Source: a virus (taxonomy: Duplodnaviria > Caudoviricetes). Taken from it: a DNA stretch of 25,614 nt. Under the pieces are notes generated by a model, which had not been told where the DNA came from, did no database searches, and saw only the letters and a list, made by a program, of their open reading frames with translations. Location of the stretch: positions 1-25,614 of IMG/VR virus record IMGVR_UViG_3300037427_001470. One strand, given 5' to 3'. A program made the position numbers and the translations under genes. This document shows, one piece after another, positions 1-12,600 of this stretch (positions are counted from its first letter, which is position 1; every line of letters starts with the position of its first letter).

Positions 1-3000
1 TCTTAAAGTAACAGGTTTTCCAATAACATTTAGAGTTGGTAATCCCAATTCAACAGTTCTTACTTGAATTGTAACTGGAGCATTTCCAGAATCAATTCTT
101 GCAAAATACAAATCAACAGATGTTAAAAATACACCATTTACATCATCACTCAAATCAATATCTGAAGGTGCTTGAACATTTCCACCAACTATAAATGTTT
201 GTGCTAAAGGATCACTATATTCTACATGTTCAACAGTAACATCTGTAAATACATTTGTGTTTGATACACTATCAATATTAGTTGTAGTTGTTGTTACATC
301 ATTTTGCCATCTATTTACACTTCCTTGAGCAGTATATCTGGATTGTGCAAAAGAAACTGAATTACTTCCAGGAAGTCCACGTTCATTTGTAGAACTTGAA
401 GTTAATTTAAAGGTCTTAGTTCCTGTTTCTATTCTTACTGATGGAACAGGACTTGTATTAGGATCTCTTAAGTAGAATGAACCAATAAGATCTCCATAAT
501 TATCTGAAATCAATCTCAAATCTTTCACATAAGCAACTGCACCACTTTCTTGTCCAATCAATCTCATTCCCTGAACCAAATATCCAGAGTATAAACCCTG
601 TGCTTCATTTGTTAATGCCCTTATATCAACATTAAGAATACTTGATGATGAACTATAACTTTCTGATATAGATTGACCCTTATTATATGGGTTGACATTA
701 TATATTGATGATGGATTATTAAATTGTCCAAATTTATGTCTAGGACTACAAACCCTAAATTCGATTAAATCTACACTACCACTTGTTCCAATAACAGTTT
801 CTCCTACAATAAATGCATCAGAAGCACCAGATGTATTTAAACTTGAATCAGTTGCTATTTCAATTAATTTTGGTATAAAATCAACAGAACTATTACCATC
901 AAGGAATTGATAATAACGTGTGAAAGATTTGAGATTTGATACTGAAAACCCAGTATTTCTAGATCTCATAAAACTATCAGATCCAGATGATACTAATTGA
1001 TTTCTAGTATTAACATCATCTATACTAAGTGCATTTCTAGTAATAGTTTGATTACTACTATTAAATTCTCTATGAGTAGTTGTTGTTGAAGTATTAGGTC
1101 TTCTATCCCCTTGCCGCCTATTTGTTTCGAAACGAGTAAGTATTACATCAACATTATTGGTAAGTGTTTCTGATCTAGTAATACGAATATTATTATCATC
1201 CAACTGAATTGTTCTAACCCAAGTATCACTTGCTGGATTTAATTGAACATTTCCCTCATAAACAACAACATGGAATGGATTAACATTCTCAACTTTTGTT
1301 GCCATTGGTTGCTCTAACCATCCAATTTCTTCATATTTTAGTGTTACTGCATTTCCAGTTTTTTGTATATTCGGATCTATAGTTGGATAATTTTCACCAA
1401 AATCTTCATTTTCAGGAATAGATACTTCTAAAGTTGCAAGTTGTGAAGCAAGAGAATTTCTACTAATAATAGGAGTTAATTCATTTACTGTTGGATTTAT
1501 TTCAACTGATGATAGTCTTCCATCTATTAGTGTATAATCTTTAAATGGATCAACAAAGAATCCACTCTTAAATCTATTTCTTCCATCAGCATCTTGAATT
1601 TGAAGAGTTTGCGTGTCAATTTCAAGTAGAGAAAGTGTTGTTACTTGCTCTAAATTTTCTACTCTATCTTCAATCTTACCAATATCTCTCATTGTATATC
1701 TTCTATTATCAATCAATGTCAAAGATGCATCTTGTGGATTGTAAAGATATGGTGGAAGATTAATAGTTCCTATCTGCAATAACTCATCATTTTTTTCAGG
1801 TGCTTTAGGGAATTTTGAAGATACACCTTTTTCGAGAATAAACTTACCAAATTTATCCAAATATAATTTATCAATTCTCGGTAAATAATAATCATAACCT
1901 ATTAGTGATGACTCATCTGCAGATAAAAGATACTTTGGAGAACTATCAAAATCTCTAGAACTAAAGTCGAATGGTGATCTGGCAGTAGTTGATGAATCAA
2001 ATACTGATACTCTAGGTCTAAAATCAAGAGTGTCTGATGCTCTTATATTAAATTCACCAATATTTGGTATATCTTCTGCAAATCTTTCTTTATCATAACT
2101 TAAAACTGTAAATACATCACCATCATCGGTATTTGGTACTGAATAATAATCAAATACTATTAATAACTTCTTAGCGGGTTCTGCAGAACCATTCTTTCTA
2201 ACAATTCTAGAATAATCATAATACTGATCTCTTTGACCTTTATCTAAAGTGAAAGAATTTGTGATAATTTTATAACTACCCAAAGTAATTGTTTCAACTT
2301 CAGTAGTTAATTTAGACTCATCAAATACTACAGTTTCTGAAACTGATAATTTATCACCAGTCAAATAAACAATTTTTAATTTATTTGCTGATGGTGATGA
2401 GATAACTCTTGCAATTGCTTTACTTGAATTACCTACTATATGTTCCCCAACAATAGCATTAGTATGAACACTAGCAGTTGAAGTAAATTGAACTTCATCT
2501 AATGTTGGATCTGAACTATCTAATGATTCGTAAACAGATACTACTTTTGCTACATCAGGATAATTTAAACAAATCTCTTCGTCTTGTACTCTTACACCAT
2601 AATACTTATTATAAGTTAATCCATCAGCATTTGAAGTATTAACACCAACCCCAGATTGCTTATATTTTGATTTAGATACTACAAGAGAAGCACTTCTATT
2701 ATATTGTTTTACTTTACTTTGAACTCCATACTTACTAAGTGTTGTATCTACTACAACATTAGTTTGACTAGCTCTTAAACCTCTAATAGTTACGGTATTA
2801 TTAGAAAGTGTAAATTGATCTCTTGAAATAGGTGCTTGTATTCCCGTTGAATAAGTTACAGAGTATCTTTCATCATCAAAAGCTTCATAAGCAGCACTAG
2901 TAATTCCTACAGATGAAAGATTGAAAGTAAGTTCACCATCACTATCAGTTGACTCTGCAGTTATTTGCTCAGAAATAGTTAATACTGATCCAGTAAGATC

Positions 3001-5052
3001 TACTGTAGAAACATTAGAATCTGGCAATTCTACATATAATCCACCTTCATTTGATACAATAGGTCCCATAGCATATGGAGTAACTAATGTTTGATCCCCT
3101 TGAGGACGGCTAGATGAAGGATTGAATGCACTTAATACTTGACCATCATAAACACCAGTAACAGCAGCACCAGAATTTACTGAACTTAATACTAACGATA
3201 ATTTATCTGTTGCAATACTAGAAACTCTATTATATGTGTCTGTAGTAAATCCAGGTCTATTATAAGAAAGAACGGTGTCTGTTGATATACCAGTAAATGG
3301 AAGTCCTCCAGATGTTACAGTAGCAAGACCACTAATTATAGCTGGCATTGTTATCTGATCAATACTACCAGGCATTCTAAATCTTTCAAGTACAGAATCA
3401 GCAGTGAAATTGGGATAACCAGAAGCTCCAGTTTGTTTTACTGATTTTATATTTTGAGTTCCATATACAACAAACTCTTTAATCATTCTTGAAATTTCTA
3501 TTCCATTAACAATTAACCCTTCCCCTTTAGAAAAATTACCAGAAGTTTGTCTTAAGTAAATATATTCACTATTTCCACCAGCATAAACAGCATAACCACT
3601 AGCACCACTAGTTTTACCCTTTACAAAAGCAGTAATTGGAATATCATCAGCATCAACACTTTGATTTAAAGTTATTTTAGTATATGTTTGAATATCATAC
3701 AATCTTAAATCGTATTCTGTAGAACCATCAGAATATTCTGAAGAATTGAGATTAATTGTATATACTCTTGCATCTCCTATTTTAGCTCCACTATCACCTA
3801 CTATTCTATTATATAAATCTACGCTTAGTCTCTGTTTTGGTATTCCAGTTACATTGTTAACTTTCAACAAATGCCCCATATTAAATGGAACACTTGCATT
3901 CTGTATATTTTCAATATCTCTTGATTTATCAGCATCAATTATAGTTGTTCCTACCTTTTCAACATCATATCCCCTTACATATGCTTTTCCTGGAGATATT
4001 TTAAGACACATTAAATCATCAGAAGGTGTATTCCCATCGTCTGTTTTTTCATTATCAAAATATATACCATTATTACCTATTCTATCATTTAGAGAATTAT
4101 GTACAGATGGATTGAAAGGACTTACTGCATAATCACCAGATTCATCATAAGTTCTTTCTGCTATCCAATCCCTAATTATATTATATTGTGTTTTATTATT
4201 TAATTTCTGTATTTTACCTTCTTTGACTCTTAAAATCTCAATAAAATCAGTATCATTTGTATCAGTTAATAATTTTTTAGTAAGAGATAATCCTATTTTA
4301 AATCTATCAGCACCTGGTGCAGCATAATTAGTAAATCCTTTAGCATTATCATATAATGAGTTATCTTCTTTAGCATTGACAATAGTTTCATCAACCTTTA
4401 ATCCAACCCTATATGATGGAGCATTGGTATAATAATCTAGAACTATAGTTTCTTGTGCAACATTTACAAAATAACCCCTAACAAAAAATATTCCATCTCC
4501 AATAGATGCTGCAGATCCTATGGATGTTGCGTTAGATGATATTAAAGATGCAAAAGGTATACCTGCATTAATTGTTGTATTTCCATACTCTACATTCTCA
4601 GTGGCACTTAAAGATTCTCCATCTTCAAATTGAGTAAATACAAAATCACCATCAGAATCTATATATTTTACGTATATTGTTATATCATCTACATTAGCAC
4701 CAGACAATTCTACATGTTGAATCTTTGCTGTAGTCCCAGATACTTGACCAGTTATTTTCTTTCCTACAAAATTCTTAATGTATAATGAAATATCAACACC
4801 TAAATTGGAAGAATTTAATTTTACAGCATAAAATTGACCATCATATGTAAGATTACCTGGAATAACTACAGATCCCTCTTTGAACATATGAGTTCCAAAG
4901 GAATCTATTTGCCCCTGAAGTATTGATTGTAAAGAAGTTAATTCTCTTGCTTGTACTGGATATCCTGGTTTAAATAAAACTTTATAAAAGTTTTTTTCAG
5001 AATCAAAATCATCATAATATGGACTAATATTTAAATTGGTTTTTTGTGTCAT
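1..5052 (-). CDS. VrlC-like / DUF4815-domain large virion structural protein; partial, 3' end beyond the window (at least 1684 codons)
   Basis: Not in the ORF track, presumably because it has no stop in the window. ATG at 5052 gives MTQKTNLNISPYYDDFDSEKNFYKVLFKPGYPVQARELTSLQSILQGQIDSFGTHMFKEGSVVIPG, the typical N-terminus of cyanophage VrlC-like proteins. Later motifs are NAKGFTNYAAPGADRFKI, RTYDESGDY, NRRYTMRDIGKIEDRVENLE, NRFKSGFFVDPF and DPLAQTF. The left edge is in the same frame (RTVELGLPTLNVIGKPVTLR). It follows gp8 directly. Frame continuity was spot-checked, not verified codon by codon. Confidence 0.88.
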   Translation of the reverse strand, partial: MTQKTNLNISPYYDDFDSEKNFYKVLFKPGYPVQARELTSLQSILQGQIDSFGTHMFKEGSVVIPGNLTYDGQFYAVKLNSSNLGVDISLYIKNFVGKKITGQVSGTTAKIQHVELSGANVDDITIYVKYIDSDGDFVFTQFEDGESLSATENVEYGNTTINAGIPFASLISSNATSIGSAASIGDGIFFVRGYFVNVAQETIVLDYYTNAPSYRVGLKVDETIVNAKEDNSLYDNAKGFTNYAAPGADRFKIGLSLTKKLLTDTNDTDFIEILRVKEGKIQKLNNKTQYNIIRDWIAERTYDESGDYAVSPFNPSVHNSLNDRIGNNGIYFDNEKTDDGNTPSDDLMCLKISPGKAYVRGYDVEKVGTTIIDADKSRDIENIQNASVPFNMGHLLKVNNVTGIPKQRLSVDLYNRIVGDSGAKIGDARVYTINLNSSEYSDGSTEYDLRLYDIQTYTKITLNQSVDADDIPITAFVKGKTSGASGYAVYAGGNSEYIYLRQTSGNFSKGEGLIVNGIEISRMIKEFVVYGTQNIKSVKQTGASGYPNFTADSVLERFRMPGSIDQITMPAIISGLATVTSGGLPFTGISTDTVLSYNRPGFTTDTYNRVSSIATDKLSLVLSSVNSGAAVTGVYDGQVLSAFNPSSSRPQGDQTLVTPYAMGPIVSNEGGLYVELPDSNVSTVDLTGSVLTISEQITAESTDSDGELTFNLSSVGITSAAYEAFDDERYSVTYSTGIQAPISRDQFTLSNNTVTIRGLRASQTNVVVDTTLSKYGVQSKVKQYNRSASLVVSKSKYKQSGVGVNTSNADGLTYNKYYGVRVQDEEICLNYPDVAKVVSVYESLDSSDPTLDEVQFTSTASVHTNAIVGEHIVGNSSKAIARVISSPSANKLKIVYLTGDKLSVSETVVFDESKLTTEVETITLGSYKIITNSFTLDKGQRDQYYDYSRIVRKNGSAEPAKKLLIVFDYYSVPNTDDGDVFTVLSYDKERFAEDIPNIGEFNIRASDTLDFRPRVSVFDSSTTARSPFDFSSRDFDSSPKYLLSADESSLIGYDYYLPRIDKLYLDKFGKFILEKGVSSKFPKAPEKNDELLQIGTINLPPYLYNPQDASLTLIDNRRYTMRDIGKIEDRVENLEQVTTLSLLEIDTQTLQIQDADGRNRFKSGFFVDPFKDYTLIDGRLSSVEINPTVNELTPIISRNSLASQLATLEVSIPENEDFGENYPTIDPNIQKTGNAVTLKYEEIGWLEQPMATKVENVNPFHVVVYEGNVQLNPASDTWVRTIQLDDNNIRITRSETLTNNVDVILTRFETNRRQGDRRPNTSTTTTHREFNSSNQTITRNALSIDDVNTRNQLVSSGSDSFMRSRNTGFSVSNLKSFTRYYQFLDGNSSVDFIPKLIEIATDSSLNTSGASDAFIVGETVIGTSGSVDLIEFRVCSPRHKFGQFNNPSSIYNVNPYNKGQSISESYSSSSSILNVDIRALTNEAQGLYSGYLVQGMRLIGQESGAVAYVKDLRLISDNYGDLIGSFYLRDPNTSPVPSVRIETGTKTFKLTSSSTNERGLPGSNSVSFAQSRYTAQGSVNRWQNDVTTTTTNIDSVSNTNVFTDVTVEHVEYSDPLAQTFIVGGNVQAPSDIDLSDDVNGVFLTSVDLYFARIDSGNAPVTIQVRTVELGLPTLNVIGKPVTLR

Positions 5053-5058
5053 TTTTCT

Positions 5059-6606
5059 TTAAAATTCCAAGATGATTTTAATGTCTTCCTTTTGTCTAGA
5101 ATCTCTTTGTACCAGAGGTCTATTGTTGATATAAATTATATCACCTGTCTTTTTATTTATCTCTGGATTGGCAAGTCCATCTGTAAAAACAACCCCTAGA
5201 TTTACGTCCTTTGAATTTATGGTAGTTTTAATACCACTAAATCCAGTATCTACAGATCCAGTAAATGGAGAGATGCTATTTCCTGAAGATTCAAATGATA
5301 ATATTTTAGAAGTACTACTAACAGTATTCCAATCAGTTTGATCTTTTTCATTTCCAAAATATAAAGATCTATCTTGGAAATATTTTACAACTTGAGTTTC
5401 AGAATCATATGATGCAACATACCCTTTAGCAGTTCCACCCGTCACTGTTTGTTCCATTTTAACCCCGACAGTGGGTGTAGAACTAGTTGAAGATAATTTT
5501 ATAGAATATAAAGATGAATAATCACTTCCACTATAAACAGTTGATGATGTAAATTCAGTTGGATTTTTTACGATACCAACTTGAGAGAATTTAGTATCAA
5601 CTGGAAAGTCCCTAGTAGAATCATCAAATCTAGCATATACTAATACTTTATCCGTACCTAATTCAGTGTAGATATCATATCCATGACCTTTAGAAGGTGG
5701 AATAACTGGTATTAATTTAGCAGGATCAGGGATAGAACCAGAAGGTTGTAAAGTTCCTAAATCAACTATACCGTAAGTATATCCACTTCCACCTGCAACT
5801 ACCAATGCTTTAGTTATTGTTCCTCCAGAATCAACAGTAATTGATACTTTACCACCACTACCATCACCTAATATATCAACAATTCCTGCAGAATAATTTG
5901 CACCACCATCAGCAATATATACTGCTTTAATTTGATTTTGGTTGATATCAGAATCACCCGCTTCTCTAACATTCTGAATTTGACTATCTGTTGAAGTACT
6001 CCAGTTATTTGGTACTACAATATATTCTGTAGAGTCAAATTTTATAATATCACTTGGTGCAACTGAGAATATATATTTCCAAACATACCCATCACCACTT
6101 GTTCCAGCTGCTGTTGGTTCTAAATCAGTAAATGTTGGTTCATCTTTGGATACATTACCTTTCAAATTAGATCCTGAAGAACCATTCTCTATACAAACAT
6201 AAACTCTAAAATCACTATTAATTACATAATAATTAGAATCATATAATCTACTTGTATTAGAATTTGGTGTAGGATTTGAAATATTATAGTCATGACGATA
6301 CATGTCATAACGTGTATTACTACTCCAATTAACTTTCCTTATCAATCTTCTAACATTACTACTAGTAACCTTCTTTCCAAATAAAGAAGTATCTCTATAA
6401 TTGGTATTATACTGAAGATTGTCAGTTGGATTTGGTGTATTAGTATTCCACTCAGAATCTGAAGTAGTTCTACCAAAACCAGATGCAGGGTTTGCTGGAT
6501 TCGGTAATCCTAAAAATACATAATAAGAATTATTAGTATCCAGTACAGAATCTACAAAATTACCTGCATTTAATATTCTAAATTGATCTGTTACGACGGC
6601 TGGCAT
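5059..6606 (-). CDS. gp8: Baseplate wedge subunit, T4 gp8-like (515 aa)
   Basis: Motifs MPAVVTDQFRILNAGNF, YYVFLG, RKVNWSSNTRYDMYRHDY, YYVINSDFRVYVCIENG, DGYVWKYIFSV and the C-terminal GDIIYINNRPLVQRDSRQKEDIKIILEF match cyanophage gp8. Synteny gp25-gp6-gp7-gp8 agrees. Confidence 0.92.
   Translation of the reverse strand: MPAVVTDQFRILNAGNFVDSVLDTNNSYYVFLGLPNPANPASGFGRTTSDSEWNTNTPNPTDNLQYNTNYRDTSLFGKKVTSSNVRRLIRKVNWSSNTRYDMYRHDYNISNPTPNSNTSRLYDSNYYVINSDFRVYVCIENGSSGSNLKGNVSKDEPTFTDLEPTAAGTSGDGYVWKYIFSVAPSDIIKFDSTEYIVVPNNWSTSTDSQIQNVREAGDSDINQNQIKAVYIADGGANYSAGIVDILGDGSGGKVSITVDSGGTITKALVVAGGSGYTYGIVDLGTLQPSGSIPDPAKLIPVIPPSKGHGYDIYTELGTDKVLVYARFDDSTRDFPVDTKFSQVGIVKNPTEFTSSTVYSGSDYSSLYSIKLSSTSSTPTVGVKMEQTVTGGTAKGYVASYDSETQVVKYFQDRSLYFGNEKDQTDWNTVSSTSKILSFESSGNSISPFTGSVDTGFSGIKTTINSKDVNLGVVFTDGLANPEINKKTGDIIYINNRPLVQRDSRQKEDIKIILEF
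5154..5161 (-). promoter_or_regulatory. Possible internal late promoter (GATAAATA) about 100 nt upstream of the VrlC-like gene
   Basis: Matches the relaxed NATAAATA late consensus. It lies in the codons E-I-N-K of gp8 in AT-rich DNA and may be chance. Confidence 0.25.
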
Positions 6607-6624
6607 CTTTAATAGTTTTTTAGA

Positions 6625-6632
6625 TATTTATA
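6625..6632 (-). promoter_or_regulatory. T4-type late promoter TATAAATA upstream of gp8, overlapping the gp7 stop codon
   Basis: Plus strand tatttata at 6625-6632 is TATAAATA on minus, 18 nt before the gp8 ATG at 6606. Confidence 0.8.
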
Positions 6633-9600
6633 ATAGTTTTGGAAGAGCACCAGTACTTCTCAATCCAGTACCCCTTCTTTGAATGGTTGGGAACGTTGTT
6701 ATTCCAACATCTATAGTGTTACCAGTAACCCCTATAGATACTGGAGAAGACGATCTAGCGATTCCACCAAGTTTACCCCAAGAGAACTTACCAATGGTCT
6801 GTGTGCCCATTGAAGTTGCAATTCCAACTGGATTACTTGCCATTAAGCAGGTAATAATACCTGTAGTTCCAGATGTCTGTATATGTTGAATAGTATATAC
6901 ATTATCTAAGAAGGTAGTTCCAACTCCAACTACAGCAGCATCACTTCCTGTATTATCAATTGATGTGCCACCATATCCCAAGTTAGTGTCAAAAATATAA
7001 ACTGGATTTCCTACATCCATTCCAGTCCATGTTGAATTGGACTTAGTTAAGAAGAATTTAAATCCTAAAGTAGAAACACCAACAGTTGTTGTAGTTATAC
7101 CAGTTACAATTCCAGAGAATCCTTGTATAACATCAATACTACTAATATTTTCAATAGTTGGACCTGGTGGTGAAACTAAGATATCTGGTGCAACTGTATA
7201 TCCTAATCCTGAATTAGTAATTGCAAATCCATTAACAGTTCCAACTCCAGATATACTTAATGTTGCAACTGCAGTTGATCCAACACCAACTCCAATTTGG
7301 GAAGATGGTGCTGTAATTAAAACATTAGGTGCAGTAATATAATTACTTCCACCATCAGTAATATGCAATCCAGAAATAGTTCCTGCAGCAGATACTGTAG
7401 CAGTTATCGCAGCAGAAACTGGATATGAATCTTCAGAAACTATTAATCCTGAGAAATCAGTAGCAGAATCATAATCAAATAATTCTGTGCTATCAACAAA
7501 TATTGATGTTTGTGATGTATCAATATCACCAATTATTCTTGCTGTTGGGAATATAAGTGATTCTATAGAATCTCTTGCTTTAGATGATAATTCTCCATTA
7601 ATCATATTATCATTCTTTTTCTTAATCCAACTAAGTGGTTTATAATTTTGATCATCTATTCCAATACCAGAATATACATTAGATTCAAGTTTATCAGCAC
7701 TTGTTAAATCATATATCAATCTAGTGTCTTGTGTTTTTGTTCCAGCAATAGCATTATTACTAATAACCTGAACAGTATCACCTTTTTCCAGAGTCTTAGA
7801 TATACCTGTAACTAAAGAATCATCACTATTTCTTGTACCTCTATAGAAGAATATTGCAACTTTATCTTCTTCTCTTGGTGCTGTTGTAAAGACGAATGAT
7901 GTTCCACCATCAAACTGATAAGCAACTCCTGGATCTTGAATTACACCATTTATAGTAATAAACAATAGATTCTCAAGATTAATATAAGAATCTGCTTGTG
8001 CTTCAAAACTTAATAGTTGATTATTATAGTATAATGGGAATCTCTTTCTTGAACCATCTTGATACTTCTTAATAGGATCGATGAAATCAAATTCACCAAA
8101 TTGCCATGCACCAAATGAATCAGAATAAACTTTATCAATACTTAGTTGAAATTCTGATATTGCTGACTGTAATGTTCTAGCAGTAACCAATCCAACAGGA
8201 GTAATGATATCCCCACGTCTAAATGCATAACCATTTCTAGAAATATTATATTTACTAACTTCAAAAGTATCAGAAGCTACTCCAACAGTTGAAGCACCAG
8301 CAACACTAACATCAACAAGAAGACCTGTTCCAGTATTATCTGTAACACCATCTGCTAAACGTGATACTCCTTTAACGGAAAGATTTTCATAACTTGGATC
8401 AGAAACAAATATCTTAGGATTGGTATAATTTGTACCAGCAGCACCAATATTGAATGTTAGTGCACCACCACTTCCATTTGGAGATTTTCCAACATTTACA
8501 GTAAATAATGTGGCAGATGCAGCAGTTTCAACACCCAATACTTTACCGTCTGTCCAATGGAATGGATCAGTTGTTCTTGGATATGTATGAATAGTCTTAT
8601 GACTGTCTTGAGCACATGTAAATGTTATAGCACCTGTAGAAATTCCAATAAAACTATTTGCTTTCTTAACTGCATTTGTAGCAGTTCCACCAGTATAAGT
8701 ATGAGCATAATTTCCTGCTGTACTAATACCAACTTGAAGTTCAAATGTATTGGTGGTTTTATTTGCAATTGCTATCCACTTATTACTAATTGGATCACTA
8801 GTTCTTGGGTAAGTATGACTACTAACACCACCATCAAGATCACAAGTAAATGTAAGTGAATTATCTACAACCTTAACATAATCACCATTACTAAATCCAT
8901 GTGATGCTGAAGTAACTGTCATTATTCCTGTTGTAGGAGTATAAACAGCACCAGTTATATTTTTAGATGTTGCTGCACTAAGACTATGAGCTCCACTCTT
9001 AATTGTTAATACACCAGTAGAAGGATCATATAAAGTGCCACTTAATGCAGTAAGATTACCAGGTGTGCCACTAAGTCTTCTAATTCCACCACTTTTACCA
9101 GTTACAAAGATATGTGTATTAACTCCAACTGGATGTGCAGTTATAGTTGCTCCACTACCACTTGATGCAGCACCAACATTAACCTCTATAGTATTCAATG
9201 TAGTAGCAGCAATAGATACTGCCATGTTGTTGAATATTGGGTCTGTTACACGTGGATATTGATGAGATGTTAAATGATTATCTCTAGAACAAGTGAATAA
9301 TAAAGAGTGAGTACCAATTCCTATTGTGTTACTGGTAGTAAGATTATGATTATTAATAGTTAATATCAATCTACCAGAATGTGACTCATAGAATGCATCT
9401 GTAGGTGTTAGAGCACCTACTCCTGCAACAAGAATTGAATCGTCATCAGCACTTATAAATCTATGGTCATATCCCTTATCAGTTACTGCTACTCCAATAG
9501 AAATAATGTCATTATATCCCTGACCATATGATACATCACCATACCAAGAGAATACTGTTCCTTGTCCAACATAATTATGTGGAATAGTGCATATACCAAT

Positions 9601-12600
9601 ATCAGCAGTAAATGTATTAACAGAAGAAATTCCTAGAATAGAGAATGGTCTATCATTAATAGTATCTGGGAATATAGTAGTCGTAACACCTGAATGAGCA
9701 GCAGCACATGCAAAATGAAGTCCAACCATAGTAACTTCATTTGTCTCACCAAGAACAAATCCATGCTCTTTTACAGTGGTAACTGTCATCAATCCAGTTG
9801 TATTATCATAAGAAGCAGTACTAATTGAAAGTGCTGATCCTGTTGTGGCAAATCCAACAACGCTTGTAATAGAACCATTTACATCAAATGTAGGTCTTAC
9901 CTTAGAACCAACAAGAGGAGCATATCCTAATCCACCAGAAGCACCTAAGGAAACAATAACACCACCCCTTGGTAATTGATTTGCATTTATATCACTAACG
10001 GAAGTATAAATTTCTCCACCACCAGAAGAACCGTCATTAGTAGCAATACCAGTAAATGAAATAGTTGTTACTCCAGCAATTCCATCTCCCTCTTCCAAAT
10101 CATAATTATTGAGTGGATTATTAATAGTAGTTGGAGTTTGGAATACACTATTGATGAATATAATACCATTACCACCAGTGCTTCCAATTCCAGCAGTATT
10201 TGCTCCACCTACAGTTAAAGTAAATGTTCTACCTATACCTGTAAATTCATCAGAAAGATCATCATATATTTGGTTTGTATCATAATTATTTCTTAAGAAA
10301 ACTCTTCCAGTAAAATCAGATTTTGCGGGATCCAAATTACTTGGATCTTTAAGAATTGCTGGATTTCCTGTAGGTGGATCAACAAAATGTATATTCTTAC
10401 CAACAATATTATATGAACCCCTATAAACCCTAGCAGTTGCTGTATCAGTATGAGATGCTTTTGTTGATCCCAAAATTTCTCTTGTAACCTCAACTATTGT
10501 AGATGATCCAGCACCAGTTATTGGTCCAATTGCAGTTGTTCCTAGTCCAACATTTACAACTTTAATGTATTCATCATCAATTCTTAAAATATCTTCTGGA
10601 TTTACTGTTCCTATTCCACTTAAAGCAAATATTGTAGATGCTGCACTAATTTGACCACCACTATTTCCAGATAAAGTATGTGCAATTTTAGTATACATTA
10701 ATGGATATTGAGGTATGCCATCAATCGTTATAACAGATTTTTCATTGGATTTAACCATTGAAAGTTCATGTGCATTTCCTTCACCAGAAGATCCAAAGGA
10801 AACATTTGTTCCTGCATCTGCATTACTTCTTGTTGTAGCAAGTTTAAAACTATCATTATCAACTTTAATTGCATAGACAGTAGATGGTATAGCTGTACCA
10901 CTACCATCAGTCATTGCAGTTGATCCAACACCAACAAATGTAGATTTAGGAGTATATGTTAATGCTTCACCTGTGCTAAAGAAATGATTTTCTATAGTAA
11001 ATAATCCTGTACTTAAATTTAATTGGGTAGAATCAGTTGGATTAAAGGTCTTTGCAAAAATATAATCACCATTATAAGTCGCAGGGAAACTGGTTCTATT
11101 AATTCTTCTACCTTCAAGTCCATTATATTGCCCAACATTTAAGGACTCTGTAATATTTCCATAAGTTTGATCTGGTGGATTATTAATAGTATCAACAGTA
11201 GTATAGAAACATTCATTTAATGAAGCAACTTTAATTTCAGATGACATTGCTGCATCTGGGAAGAATTTTAAAATAAAGTTATCACCAGAATAATATCCAC
11301 CAAATGTTCCCATTCCACTCTGAGAATCAGTTGCTCCAATACCATTTCCCTTTACAGAAAGGAAAGGTCCTTGTTGCACATATACATTAGAATTTGGAAG
11401 ATCGTTAATAGTTAAAAGTTGATGCAAAGCTTTAGATGCTCCCATACCAACTTCAACTGATGATTTAACTGTATTGAATAAATTCTTATTTACAGTGAAT
11501 ACAGTTGTTGCTGCAGCACCAGTAGTAGTCTCATAATGTGATTGATATATTGCTGTTCTTTCTTGACCATCATTCTGTGTATCTAATTTATATCTGTATG
11601 TACCAACACCGACAGTTGTTGTTCCAAATCCAACAATCTTAGACTTGAGAGTAACTCCATTTTCTGTATCATTTGTATATTTTAATGATAATAATCCAGA
11701 AGTAATATCAGCATTAAAAGAACCTATAAGAGTTCCTGAATAATTCTGTGCATGAGAATCAAAATAATATTCGGTAAGATATGTATCCGTTCCATCATGA
11801 GTCAAATATATATCAACAAAATTCATATCATTAGTTTCATTATCAATAACTTGTGTATTGACATATAATGAATTAAATTTATGGGTACCAACTCCTATAA
11901 TAGAACTTGTTATTCCTGATGCTGATGTAGTTGAAGCAACACCTACTGCGGTTCCTGTTATATCAACAAATCCAACTGATGTAGTTCCTATTCCAGTAGA
12001 AGCAGAACTGAAAGTAGATCTAATATATTTTAGGTCATAATCTATATTAATAGGATCACGAGGTGTAAATCTCAAATAACTATCATCATATTCATCAACA
12101 TATATTGAGAATGTTCCATATGGTTCATCTACTACATGGGTAATTGCTATTCCAACATTATCAATACTTCCTTTCTCTAATAAGAAACTATTGGTTCCAT
12201 TATTAAGAATAACCAAATCTGTTAGTTGTAGATTAGTATTATCAAAAGCTTCATTAACTCTTATTAAAATATCATCGTAGGTAATTGTTGAGGGTAATTT
12301 AAAGAGATCTACATAACTATTGGGATTATTGGACAAATTAGAGAATAAATCATCTATATCATCTATTTTTAAAACTGCATTAGTCTTGGCAAGAGTATAA
12401 TCTGTTAGTTTCTTAGTTTTAAATTTTAAAAACTTAGAAGAATCGCCAACTACATCAACATCCTGAACCATATCATATTCATATACAGTATCAACTCTAT
12501 TCTCATCAATTACATCTTTTACTACAATTGAAGCACTTGAACTACCAATACCAACAGTTGCAGTTGAAGATATTCCAGTATCAGAGAAATTCTTCATTCC

